Notes: generated by a model not told the origin, from the sequence alone. 64,000 nucleotides of DNA from Pristiophorus japonicus (GCF_044704955.1 NC_091987.1:68324001-68388000); one strand, 5' to 3'. Counted from the stretch's first letter, positions 49,277 through 62,130 are shown. Translations and numbers: made by a program.

Positions 49277-49702
49277 AAGAAAGAAAGAAAGACTTGGATT
49301 TATACTGCGCCTTTCATGACCACCAGATGTCGCAAAGCACTTTACAGCCAATGAAGTACTTTTGGAGTGTAGTCACTGTTGTAATGTGGGAAACGCGACA
49401 GCTAATTTGCACACAGCAAGCTCCCACAAACAGCAATGTGATAATGACCAGATAATCTGTTTTTTTTGTTATGCTGGTTGAAGAATAAAAAATGGCCAGG
49501 ACACCTCCCCTGCTCTTCTTCAAAGTAATGCCTTGGGATCTTTTACATCCACTTGAGAGAGCAGATGGAGCCTCAGTGTAACATCTCATCTGAAAGACAG
49601 CGTCAGCTTATATATTTTCTGCTCAAGCTGCTGGAGTGGGACTTGAACCCACAATCTTCTGATTCAGAGGCAAGTGTGCTACTCACTGAGCCACAGCTGA
49701 CA
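49277..49702 (-). mobile_element. Near full-length tRNA-derived SINE (Deu-domain/SacSINE1-like)
   Basis: tRNA head at 49630-49695, central domain, L2-like tail with (TTTC)n. Confidence 0.75.
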
Positions 49703-51879
49703 TTAATGTAGTAAAGGTACTTTTCTGGGGTCACAGTAAAGTCACTTTGTTGGTCAGAATAGAGTGAGCTTCACCCTGTATGTGACTATAATGTACTTGA
49801 CTTGATGGTGAAACAACGGCCCCGATTTTAAATCCAGGTGGATAGGAACGTGATTTGGAAAACCACCTACTGCTCCAGAAATTGGATTGTTTTAACTCAT
49901 TTAAATCTCGCTGGCCAACCTCCCACTTATAATTGGGAAGCAGCAGAAAATCATATGACTGAGAAGCTGCCTGCTGACACTAGGTAGTTGCCCCATTTGG
50001 CTTCAGAGACTGTCTAGCAGGGATCTCATAGTCAGGAAGAAGGGGCGGGGGGAAGTCCACAGCAGGGGAGGCCTAAGCTTTCCCCGTGGGCTTCAGAGGC
50101 ATGCTGCTGCTGCTCCTCGCTCCACTGGGATAATAAACATCCTTACCTGTCTGGGACTTTTCTGGCCCCGATACCTCTCCCCACTGTCTTCACCTGGCAA
50201 GAAAGCTACAGCAGCTGCCTCCCTCAGTACACCAGTTAAAATTGCAGTCAGGTCCCGAAGATGTCCTTGGGGCCCTGATATGCATACACAAAGAATGGTC
50301 CTGCTGGGTTCAAGCAGGTGTCCTTGCTGCCTGTTCAGTAGAATCGGTTAAAATTCAGAACAGTGAGTTCCTTGCAGCTTTCTGGCAAATAAGTAACCTG
50401 GCCAATTTTTACTGGCCACCGCCTGGCTTCTGCTGAGGGAAGTGTAATGTTAAAATTGTCCCGAGAACTTAAACTTACCAAGCTCCCAACTAAGTTCAGG
50501 TATCTTGCCAGTCGGCAGCATATTCTGAAAACCGCAGGCTGCCAGGGATTTGCCAATATGCGCTGGCATCAGCTGAAGTACTGTGCCATGGCTGTCGACT
50601 TGGACGATTTGCACTTAGGTCTCTAAAATGTTTAAGTGTTCCATTTTTCTGCACTCAACTTTCTTAACTGGAGAAATATACTGGAAGGAAAAGCAATATT
50701 GTCACCAGCAGATAATAGTATCTTCATAACAAAATTTGGGGGGACGCAAGATGTTTACTTTACCATAGACATATGTAGTAAAACACATCTGATTATAGAG
50801 GGAAATAGAGGTTTGAAGCTCGAGGTGCGAGATGGATCGCCTATCAGACAAAAAGCATGTTCCTGCGTTGAAGAATACGTGAGAGAGCTGCTGGGGGAGT
50901 TACTTCAGATAAGGAACAATATTCAAATTTTGGGTGTGCTTGAGATTTATAAAGAACTAAGAGTCATTTTTTTGAGGGAAAAGAAATATTGTGCATGAAA
51001 AAAGGAACTAAGCTTCTCAGAATCCTTAGCAGTAGGAGAAATGTGGAAGTTCCATTTGAGCCCAGTGATGTGAGATCAATAGTGAAAGAAGATCTGCGGT
51101 TGGAGCCTCATTGGCATACTGTGCCAAGCTAAAATTCACATAGAAAGATCAAATATGGAATTTCATATGAGCTAAAGCAGGAAAGGCTTTAGGTTCTGTC
51201 ACAGGTGGTTTGATAACTCCCATGGCTTTACCTCTCTCTGGAATTGTCCATTATCTTGAAAATCCCATTAGCAGCCATTAAAATTTAAAATTATTGGGAG
51301 GTATGGTCCTGACAACATTATATTTTAATAACGTCATAAAGCTAGATTAATATCTTCTTCCCTGGCTTCAGAGCAATATAAATACATTTAATCAGTTAAG
51401 ACTTGAAATCTTACCACTAATATCAAGGTTGTAACTGGTCAATAATTCTATGCAGTTCTGTATTTTTCTTATCATGTATTCAGGAACACCTATTTAATTA
51501 TTTATAGAGTAGCATTTTTATAGCTGTCACACAATAGTAACTTTGAATATGTGAAAATTTGCAATGATTGTCCAAGCTTGGAAAGAAAGAGAAGTAGACA
51601 AGGAGGGTGGAATCCTCTAAACAGTTTGATGTATTTCTGCTGTAAATGTTTCAAAGTATCGCAGTAAATTTAATTGGTCAAATTTACAACAATGTACAGT
51701 ATAACAATTGTTTTCTAACAACACATTCCCATTGCCTTTGTCACTCATACACACATGGGCACACACATTATACTAATCAATGAAGACATACAATGGGAAA
51801 GTCCTTTATTCCTAAAACGTGTATGAATCCTGGAAAATCCCATAAGATAAAAATGGAATGTAACTTTTCAGTCAAAGGA

Positions 51880-54280
51880 TTACATAGGATATACGGCACA
51901 GAAACAGGCCATTCGGGCTTCACTCAAGCCTCCTCCTCTTTCCTCAGCTAACTCTGTCAGCATAACCCTCTATTCCATTCTCCCTCATATGCATAACTAG
52001 CCTCCACTTAAAAGCATTTATATTATTTGCCACATTCTCACAATTCTCTGGATAAAGAAGTTCCTTCTGAATTCCCTATTTGATTTCTTGGTGACTATCT
52101 TATATTGATGGCCTTTAGTTATGCTCTTTCCCACAAGTAGAAACGCTCTCGCTGTATCTATTCTATCAAAACCTTTCATAATTTTAAAGACCTCAATTAG
52201 GTCAATCCTCAACCTTCTGTATTCAAGTGAAAAGAGATCCAGCCTGTTCATCCTTTCCTGATAGTTATACCCTAGCATTTCTGGTACTATCCTTATAAAT
52301 CTTCTCTGAAAACTCTCCAGTGCCCCATATCCTTTTTATAATATGGCGACCAGAACTGTACGCAATACTCCAAGTGTGATCTAACCAAGGTTCGATACAA
52401 GTTTTGCATAACTAGAGTACTTTTCAATTTTATCACTCTAGAAATAAACCCTAGTGCCTGGTTTGCTTTTTTATGGCCTTGTTAACCTGTGTTACTACTT
52501 TTAGTGAGTTGTGTATTTGTACTCCGAGATCCCTTTGATCCTCTACTCCACCTAGACTTGCACCCTCCACATAATAAATAACCTCCATATTTTTTCTACC
52601 AAAATGTAATACCTCACATTTTTCTGTGTTGAATTTAATTTGTCAATTATATGCCCATTCTGCAAGTTTATTAAGGTCTTCCCGTAATTTGTTGCATTCC
52701 TCCTCAGTATTAACTATTGGACCCTCCTGCCACCCACCCGCCCCCCACCACCACACACCCAATTTGATATCATCCGCAAATTTAGAAATTGTATTTTTGA
52801 TTCCAATGTCTAAATGGTTAATATAAATTTTGAAAAACATTCGTCCCAGCACTGATCCTTGTGGAATACCACTACCCACCTTCTGCCACTGTGGATAGCT
52901 ACCCCGACTCTCTGCTTTCTGCCATGAAGCCAGCTAGCTACCCATTCTGCTACTTGTCTCCTGACTCCACATTCTCTGACCTTATTTATTAGTCTAGTAT
53001 GTGGTACCTTATCAAAGACCTTTTGAAAATCTAGATAAATTACATCTACTGCATTACCCTTGTTTATTCTCTCTGTTACCTCTTCAAAAAATTCAATGGG
53101 GTTGGTTAAGCAAGATTTTCCCTTTTGAAATCCACGCTGAATATTCATTATTATATTTTTGGTTTCCAGATGTTCTTTTATTTTCTCCTTTAGTAGGGAT
53201 TCCATTACTTTTCCTACCACCGATGTTAAGCTGACTGGTCTATAGTTCCCTGGACATATTCAATCCTCCTTCTTAAATATAGGTATTATGTTAGCTATCC
53301 ACCTTCCTCTGGCACTACACCTTTTTCTAATAAATTATTAAATATGTGTAGTAATGCCTCTGCTATCTCTTCCCTAGATTCTTTTAAAATGCACGAATGT
53401 AATCCATCCAGACCAGAAGATTTTTCCTCTTTGAGTTTGATTATTTATTTATTTATATATTAAATAAACTAAAGACTTGCATTTATATAGTGCCTTTCAT
53501 GACCACGGGACATCTCAAAGCACTTTACAGCCAATGAAGTACTTTTGGAGTGTAGTCATTGTTATAATGTGGGAAACGCAGCAGCCAATTTGCACACAGT
53601 AAGCTCCCACAAACAGCAATGTGATAATGACCAGATAATCTGTTTTTGTTATGTTATTGAGGGATAAATATTGACCAGGACACCAGGGATAACTCCCTGC
53701 TCTTCTTCAAAATAGTGCCATGGGATCTTTTACGTCCACCTGAGAGGGCAGACGGGGGCTTGGTTTAACGTCTCATCCAAAAGATGACACCTCTGACAGT
53801 GCAGCACTCGCTCAACACTGCACTGGAGTGTCAAGCTTGATTTATGTACTCAAATCCCTGGAGTGGGATTTGAACCTACAACCTTCTGACTCAGAGAAGA
53901 GTGTGCTAGCCACAGCTGATATTATTTTTATTTTAAATGCAGTTATTTCATTACTAATCTCATGATCCAATGTCATGTCCACCTGTTCTATCTCCCTGGT
54001 AAATACTGAGGTAAAGTCATTGTTTAATATTTCTTCTATCTCTATCATTGCCTGTGGTATGATCCTGTCCATCTCTTAGTGGCCCTATTACTATCCCAAC
54101 CTTGCTTTTTTTGTTTATGTGCCTGTAAAATATTTTACTATTTTGTTTAATGTTCCTTGATAATTTAATTTCACAGTTTCTCTTTGCCTTCCTAATTATT
54201 TTTTTTTACTTCTTTCCTAATCTCTTTGTATTTTCCCTTATCATGCTCTCCCCTGTTGTCCATGTACTGAATGTTTGCCT
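51880..54280 (-). mobile_element. CR1 LINE, decayed, containing a SINE
   Basis: GKSCLTNPIEFFEE, YLDFQKVFD, GIPQGSVLG, FADDIK. Confidence 0.9.
53472..53915 (-). mobile_element. Near full-length SINE (same family as 49277-49702)
   Basis: Long stretches nearly identical to the 49.3-kb copy. Confidence 0.8.
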
Positions 54281-54313
54281 CTTTCCTTACCCTCAATTTT
54301 TCCTTTATGGCGA

Positions 54314-54409
54314 GAATAGATACAGTGAGAGTGTTTCTACTTGTGGGGAAGAGCATAACTAAAGGCCATCAATATAAGACAGTCACCAAGAAACCAAATA
54401 CGGAATTCA
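54314..54409 (+). repeat. 96-bp inverted copy of CR1 segment 52068-52163
   Basis: Reverse complement matches with about 6 mismatches by manual alignment. Confidence 0.85.
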
Positions 54410-55777
54410 TCACTATAAGTCATTGATCACAAAGATGAATAGCTGAAATTATGGCAAGCCAACTCCAAAGCACAACTTAAAATTCCAGAATCCCATTTAA
54501 TAAAGGAGCAATTTGACTTATCGAGGCTAATAATGCGATGCTTGGTGCCTGTAGTGCTAACATGTATTGGGCAGAAGTGATCAAAATGAATGTAATCTAC
54601 TGCTCCTGCAAAGCACCATGGCTATGAATCATGGAGAAGAGGAGAACAGCCTCACTCAGTGACAGAAGAGGATGCTGATCAGGAGCTAGAAGAGATGTCT
54701 GCAGAAGTGAATATTAATTCAGAAGAAATCTTAAAAAGGTTGACATGAATGCTACCTTTATTTAAGTGTCTGCACCATCCAGTGCTCACGTCATCTTCAC
54801 ATGTGCCCAACATCCTGGTTTTAAAAAAGTCTTTCCCTAAATAACTACAAGGTCTACACTTCAAAAGTATTTTATTGGTTGTGAAGCACTTTTATCATTC
54901 TGAAATAAAGCAAAGTTTTATAAAAATGTAAATTCTTTCTTGACATTGTCCTCAGCTTTACGTCAAGATCCATCAATAGCATAGCATTTCCCTACAACTG
55001 TCTTATTCTGCCCATCTTTAATGGGCTTTATCGAACAAAAGCTGCCTTAAAATAATGTATTTTTCCAAAGTCAGAAACTTTTAAAACGCATAAAAAATAA
55101 TGAAGTGAATTTCTACTTAATTTAAATCAAGTGCTGGTTTTGATTCTACTAGTGGCATAGCCATATTAGTGATACAGAATTCATTATGTACTAATATTGA
55201 AATATATACAGTCAATATTGAGATCGCCTCAAGGCTACAAAAACATGAACCAAGGCCTAGTCTGTTGTTCTAATTGGCTATTGCCTCATGATTTAAACAG
55301 TTTTGTCATAATGTCAGCTTGGGCTGCACATAATTATTTAGAGAGCTGTTTATTACATGTTATGTATCATTACTCAGCTGTTACATTCTGCTTTAATCAT
55401 CTCTCTGACCTTATTCCAGTAGAAACTCTATTCAATAAGACACAGTGGGATAATTGAAATGATAAAAAAAAAGATTTCTTATTATTTTTGTTGTGCATTT
55501 CAGCTAAAATGAATGGATGTGGGGCTTTACTGATTATCTTTAGATAAACTCATGAAGATAGAACTTTATCATTTCATCACTGGGTTTTGCATTGTGGTTA
55601 GAAATTCCCCTCCTGGTGCCGTTGAGGTTTTTGTACTACTTTGCCAGTTCAATTCATTTAAGCAATTATACATAGCTGTCCTTGCAACTTTGTCCCGGTG
55701 CAAGGAGCAAGTCCAGTGGGGCAAAGGGAAATTCTGGCAGCAGTTCTAAATGAATGGAATATGCACACTTAAACATA

Positions 55778-55991
55778 TTATCATCATAGGCAGTCCCTTG
55801 AAATCGAGGAAGACTTGCTTCCACTCTAAAAATGAGTTCTTACGTGACGGAACAGTCCAATACGGGAATTATAGTCTCTGTCACAGGTGGGACAGACAGT
55901 CGTTGAAGGAAAGGTTGGGTGGAACTGGTTTACCGCACGCTCATTCCGCTGCCTGTGCTTGGTTTCTGCATGCTCTCAGCGACGTGACTCA
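55778..55991 (-). mobile_element. RTE-clade LINE 3' end
   Basis: C-terminal zinc-finger-like CPTCDRDYNSRIGLFRHVRTHF*, (TGA)n tail, TSD ACTTAAA(C/G)ATA at 55767-55777 and 55992-56002. Confidence 0.8.
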
Positions 55992-56854
55992 ACTTAAAGA
56001 TAAAGGCATATGCAACTGCAGATATGACGTGCTGCTGTGGTAGCTGTCTGGGATTATTTGCAATATGGCTCAGGTTAAGTCCCTTGAGTGAAGGAGCCAA
56101 ATGACACAGATGATGAGTCATCCTGAAAGACATTTCTTTCTTATCTGCTTCCTCCTGCCATGGCTCTGCTGCTGGGCACTCTCTCAGCATGATAGACCAT
56201 TTACTTGGGCGCAGACCACATGGCTGCTGTGAGGTTATGCCGACATCTGCATCAAAGTTTTGCTTAGACGATCCGCCAGCATGAAAAATCTCTTAAGAAC
56301 ATAGTTATGGAGCTCAGAGCCATAGTTATGGCACTCCTGAAGGAGCCCACAGCAATGCTTAGGGCCTCTTGATAAGGGGAGCCCCCTAGAGGTAGCATAT
56401 ACTCCAGAGTGCACTGCGGTAACAATTACTGCACAGACACAAACCAGCTGTTATATTATGCATTGTTCTTTGCACAATATCAATAGACATTGGCCCAACA
56501 ATAGACAATAGACAACGGGGAGACGGGGGAGGGTGCAGGGGAGTGCAATAGCATGGGGAAAACCCGGCAAGGCTGGGGACATGGAGGCCCCGCTGATCGT
56601 AACAGCAGGGCTTCATTTAAATAATCTTCTGCAGATTCCCGCCCGACAGGCAGCCAAATTACCAGACTGGCTGGAGGATGGGAGCACAAACAAGCGGCGG
56701 GACGCTGTAGCCGGAGTGCCGTGGCGATGGTCCCTAACAGTCAGTAGATGCTGAAGGCTCCAACCTGTGCTCAGGGCTGGAGCATGGGTGGGAGGAGGGT
56801 ATAAGGGCATCGAGATCATGCTCTGGGCTAGAGATGGGCTGGGGTGTTGGGGGA

Positions 56855-57025
56855 GGGGAAGAGAGGACATCGGGCCATGATTCAGGCAGGGGGTGTTGGG
56901 GGAGAGGGAGAGAGGACATCGGGCCATGATCCAGGCTGGGGGGGCAGGGGCTTGGAGGAGAGAAGACATTGGGCCATGATCCAGGCAGCAGGGGCAGGGG
57001 CGTGGAGGAGAGAAGACATCGGAGC
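56855..57025. repeat. G-rich tandem repeat of about 45-50 bp x3-4 (GAGGACATCGGGCCATGATCCAGGC...) within a MITE-like repeat
   Basis: Visible periodicity; translates as repeated HGPMSS/WIMA units. Confidence 0.75.
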
Positions 57026-57364
57026 AACGATCGGGCTGGGGGAGGCCAAAGGTTTCTTTGTAAGGCCTAGGTGGAATACTCCGGTTCCTCCTGGTCCACA
57101 AGGAATGCTAAAAGCAGCTGACCTGCAGCACTTACCTTGGCCAGTCGGCACCTTTCGCCTCGGATCTGCTCCGGGAATCCCTCAGTGCGGGCCTCTCCCT
57201 GACTTCCTGTTAAACTTAAGTCGCAGTGCCCACGGAGTCGCAGGCCCTGACTTTGGAATGTTAATAATGCGGGAGTCTCGGCGATCACCTGATTTGTATT
57301 TGTAAGATTTTAAACGAGAGCGGAATGGGGTAGGGTTGGGGTCGGGTTTCTCATTCCCGATTTG

Positions 57365-59009
57365 TTAATCCGCTCCTCCCCAGTAGTGCGGGACCGTCCC
57401 CTGGGACAATCCAGAGTGGCAATCTGTTCTCCGAATCTTTATGGGTCACGACTACCGTGGCGCTGCCTAGCACCGGAATGATCTCCTTTGTATATATCCG
57501 TAGCAGTGCGTCAATCGGCAATAATTTTGGTCTCCTGGCCTTGGACACCCACAACCTTTCGAACTGTTTGATACTCATCAGGAACTGGCTGGCCCCCGTG
57601 TCTAGCTCCATTAATACTGGGATGCCATTGAGGAGCACTTTCATCATTATCGGTGGCATCCTGGTATGTGAACTGTATATGTGCTCCACATGAACTCGCT
57701 GAACTTCAGCTTCCAGCGATTTCCCCCAGTATTCATTTGGCCTCGTCGGGCTTACATCGGGCCCGTCCTCCTCATACATCAACCTGGCTGCAGGCTTCCT
57801 GCACATACGCGCCAAGTGACCGCTGACGTTGCAGTTTCTGCAGGTATATTGCTGATATCTGCAAGCTCTGGCTGTGTGTTTGCCTCCACACCTCCAACAT
57901 GAGCCGTTGTTGGAAACAAAAGGTCCATTACCAGTCGATCGTCTCTGACTGTCTCTGTAACTGTCCTTAAGCGCACCATTGACAGGTGTTGATGGCCCCA
58001 TTACTGGCCGCATTGTCCATTGCGATGGCATGAATCGCCGTTCAGCTAGCCATTGTCTCTGTTGAATTCCCCCTTTGGGTTCGACTGCATGCTGGGGCAT
58101 GTCCGATTGCCCTTGTCTACCTGGAGAACTGTGTGCTGCGTTAACAATGTTGACTCCCTGGTCGTTTGCCGCAGTTGAGCCAAGATTTTTGCCATAAATC
58201 ATTCTGGTCTCTTCCTCCCCTGAGATAAATGTCTGGGCTATCATAGCCGCCACTTCCAAGGTCAAGTCTTTGGTCTTAATCAGTTTCCTGAAAACCCCAG
58301 CGTGCCCGATGCCCTCAATAAAAAAGTCTCGCAGCATCTCCGCTCTGCATGCATCTGGGAACTTACATAGGCTCGCCAGTCACCTGAGATCTGCCATGAA
58401 GTCTGGAACGCTTTGCCCTTCTCGCTGCCGGTGCGTGTAAAACCGGTGTCTCGCCATGTGCATGCTGCTCGCCGGTTTAAAGTGTTCTCCGATCAACTTA
58501 CTGATCTCTTCGAATGTCTTGTCCGCCGGCTTCTCTGGCACTAGAAGGTCCTTCATCAGGGGGTACATTCTGGATCCACAAACCGTCAGGAGATGAGCCC
58601 TGCGTTTGTCGGCCGAATCCTGTCCCAACCATTTCTTAGTGACAAAACTTTGCTGTAGTCTCTCAATAAAGTCATCCCAATCATCACCAACACAGTACCT
58701 CTCTGCTGTGCTACTAGTGGCCATGCTCGCGTGGTTTAAATCCCAGTTTCTTGTCGCCAATAATATGTCCTTACTATACAGTATAAATTTGCACGAGGCC
58801 CATACTTGAGAGAAGATCACTTTGTGACCAGTTACCTTTATTACCAAGACCTCAAGAGAGGCAGATGGTGGATGGAGCTTCCCCTTTTAGCCCGGAAAGT
58901 CCAGGCTAGGAGTGTCTCCCACAAGTTCGCCCCCTGTGGTGAGTGTTCTCAAGGCATACAACTTAGGTCAGCGTATACATGGGTTACAATGACAGTTGAA
59001 TACATGACA
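57365..59009 (-). mobile_element. 3'-truncated Mag-like Gypsy: 5' LTR (about 58761-59009), PBS, gag-protease
   Basis: PBS TGGCGACAAG. Gag MATSS...DDWDDFIERL. Two knuckles CWRCGGKHTARAC and CRNCNVSGHLARMC. LDTGAS. Ends abruptly at LLGRS. Confidence 0.9.
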
Positions 59010-61969
59010 TGGGGTGTTGGGGTACTGTCTCTGAAGAAGGGAATCCTCTTCCTCCAGAACCACCTCAACCTTCATTTGTCCGGCAGATCCTGTGTTAATT
59101 ACCCTCTGCCCTTCCACACATGCCTCGATAAGGGTATGGCCACCCCTATCCTGAAGTAAGGGTCCGAAAGAAACTACATAGGTGGCTGAGGGGCGGCATC
59201 CCTATAGGAAGCCTCCCTCACCTACGGAATCTACCCCTGACCGAGGTATCATTCCTGTCTGTGACTAGCTCCGCTTTCCCGATTCTTCAATTTTTCTTTT
59301 AACTTTTCTAATTCTTTAGCCCGCCTATCCCTGTCCTCTATCAACTGATGAGTTGAGATCCAGGCACCACCTGGTCCTGCTTGTTTTATGCGACTCCTCG
59401 TGGGATTCATCCACTCAGGCCCTTCTTACTTCCATGACTGGGATACCTGCAGCTCTCTGATACAAGCTTTCTACCCTTGCCAACCATTTATCAAAATTAT
59501 CGTCCCCGCCCCAGGCATCTATTTCCAGAACTACTGAAGGGGGTAGGAGAGTCAAATTGATCTCTCTATGTGTGTCATCCCCGTAATGACTGATAGCAAT
59601 CCAATTAGTTCCTAAACTTTTACTGTTATGTATGTAAACCTGTAATTACCATGTCTAACCACCAGAGGGCTTATCCCCTGGAATTCCAAGGGATCCCACA
59701 ATCCCTTGGGAGCACCTGTATATAAGGAGGCCTCACAGGCTGGAGAGGCACTCTGAGATCTGTAATAAAGGACTACGGTCACACTTACTTTGAGCTTGCA
59801 GTATCTAGTCTGACTCCTTATCCAAGACATAACATTTACATAACTGCAATATATGTTCCCTTACTTCCCTAGGTCCTTCCCCTGGTAATAATGCAAGCCG
59901 CTTTATTAACTGTGGCCCTGAGTGAGCACCAAAGATTGCAACTATGATTAGACCAAGCAGAGCCCTGGAAGTTGTTTCAAAACCTACTACCTTTCCCCAG
60001 TAACTCCCTAAAGCTTGCAGAATCATGTGAACCCTCTGTTTCTCTGATATGTTCCCTGACTTCACCATCCCAGAATATTACACCACCATTGGGCGAACTT
60101 ATTAAGATCGTGAAGCGGTGCAGGTCCCACTTCACTAAGGATAGCTCTCATGTCCTGTAACTTTACCCCTCCTCGCTCATACCAAGAATCCCCAAAACCA
60201 CTTAAGGTAGTGTTCCCTTCACGAGCTCCATAGGGAGTAGTGGAATCATCCTGCTCTTGCCTTGTCCGCCCGAACGTGCTTCCCCCACTATCCACATTAC
60301 CGGAAGGTCGTGTGTAATGTTGCAGGGTGTTAGGTGTCTGAGGAACCGAAAATGCATCTAACTACTCCGCCTCCATACCTAATGTTGCCACGCGAACCAC
60401 ACGAGTTCGAGGCTCCGATGTCAGAGAAACAAAGGAGTTGCAGATGGGAATGATGGGCATTCTCCCTGTCCCTTAATCCCCCTTTCAAATCCCAGACCTG
60501 GGGAATCTTCCGAATACCACCCGGCTTTATCAATTGCTGTCTCCGCTGGGCAACCTAATACCACCATCTGCTGCAGCTTAGATATTCCTTCCTCTAGACC
60601 TTGATTACAGTTCTTTTTATCAGCAAGATGCTGATCCAGCGTGAGAACAGTCCTGGCTGCCCCGAATGCCTGAAATCACCAGTTCTCTATTTCTTTCCTA
60701 GCTGCTGTTAGCTGCTCTGTGAGTTCTGAAATGTCTCTATCTCTAGCCTCAGCCTCTTCTCCTAACTTTTGAGTCCCCAGCATTAGACACTGCAACACTA
60801 ATGCTTTTCTCTTTTTATCCCTTTTTAACCCAAACACTTTAATCTTTTTTAACTGGACATTCTCCACTAAGGACTGCTGTGTCTCTCTCCATCCTCCTGT
60901 CTTTGTTTCCTGCCTTATAAGGTCCCCCTTTAGACTCAATCCACTCATTAAGAAATAACTGGACCTCAATTGGAATATCCCCTGATCCTCCCATTACTAA
61001 TTGGAGATCCCTTTAAGTCACGACAACTAAAAGAATGCTCACCCCGCGAACTGATGTGTGGGAAACAATACTTCGAAAAACTCAGCCAACAAACTTTTGA
61101 AAATCATGTCGGGATCTTCGAACAACTCAGCCAACTTTCTGCTTCACATCAGGGTCTTTGAATAAGCCAACAAACTTTTGAACATCACATTGTGGTCACC
61201 AAAATGTTGTAAACGGCTGTCTTGCTCTTTTCACTTCGTTGCTTTTAACGTCGAATTACACACACACTCAGTTGTAGTAAAGGCAGGATCTTTATAGAGA
61301 TATTGAGACATTCACAAGCTAACAACTCTGCTGGCAAAGCCAGTTCTTCCAGAAGTTACACACCTTTCGAGATTCCAGTATCTCTACAGTCCAAGTGTCT
61401 CTACAGTCCATAAGAGTCTGTGTGACAAAAGCCAGTTCCATCTTTTATATCTAAAAAGCCTTTGAACTCTTATTCTTTGCATTTAGACAATCATGACTAA
61501 CTGCTTTCTGAAACGTTTAACATACAGACTATTATTCCCACCATAACAAGGTACTCAAATACTTAACATTGCTTGTTTAACCTACTGATGTCATTAAATA
61601 GTAACAAAGGTACAATCAAATACTTAACATACAGAATCATTTCCTCGCATAGTAACAACGTTACACTCAAATACTTAACATACAGACATCATCAAATCGT
61701 TTAGTCATGAATTTCCATTATTCCCACCGTAACAAGGTATTCAAATATTTAACATCCAGACATGACCAGTTACTCATTTCAATGGCTGAACGGCACCATA
61801 TTGTCTAACAGTCTTTTTTCGATCCAAACTTCCCATCTTCCTGTTTCTTAATCCAAACTTCCAATCTTCCTGTTTCTTAATCCAAACTTCAATCTTCCTG
61901 TTTTTTAATCCAAACTCCAGACCACGTGCTGAAGCAAAGAGTTCAGAAATGCGGGATTGTGCTCCCACA
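59010..61969 (-). mobile_element. Unclassified LTR element (ERV- or Gypsy-like): about 765-bp 5' LTR at 61205-61969, tRNA-Trp PBS, decayed gag-like ORF
   Basis: LTR TGTGGG...ACAACA with a TATA-like box and U3 tandem repeats. PBS TGGTGACCACAATGTGAT (15/18 to the tRNA-Trp 3' end). ORF pieces 60969-60676, 60295-60062, 60068-59418. Confidence 0.7.
59624..59834 (+). mobile_element. Solo LTR of a Mag-like Gypsy family
   Basis: TGTTATG...CATAACA, 211 bp, 5-bp TSD TTTAC. Same hairpin/TATA/AATAAA layout as the other LTRs. Confidence 0.93.
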
Positions 61970-62130
61970 ATTATCACACTGCTGTATGTGGGAGTTTTCT
62001 GTGCGCAAATTGGCTGCCACGTTTCCCACATTACAACAGTGACTATACTTCAGAAAGTACTTAATTGGCTGTAAAGCACTTTGAGACGTCCAGTGGTGAT
62101 GAAAGGCACTATAGAAATGAAAGTCTCTTT
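61970..62130 (+). mobile_element. 3' half of a Deu-type SINE, cut by the LTR insertion
   Basis: ATTATCACACTGCTG...GGCACTATAGAAATGAAAGTC matches the reverse complement of the 49.3-kb copy. Confidence 0.75.

Noticed and set aside
61070-61201. CRISPR-like repeat-spacer reading of the tandem units
   Set aside because: Eukaryotic context, the units are tandem duplicates without unique spacers, and there are no cas genes.
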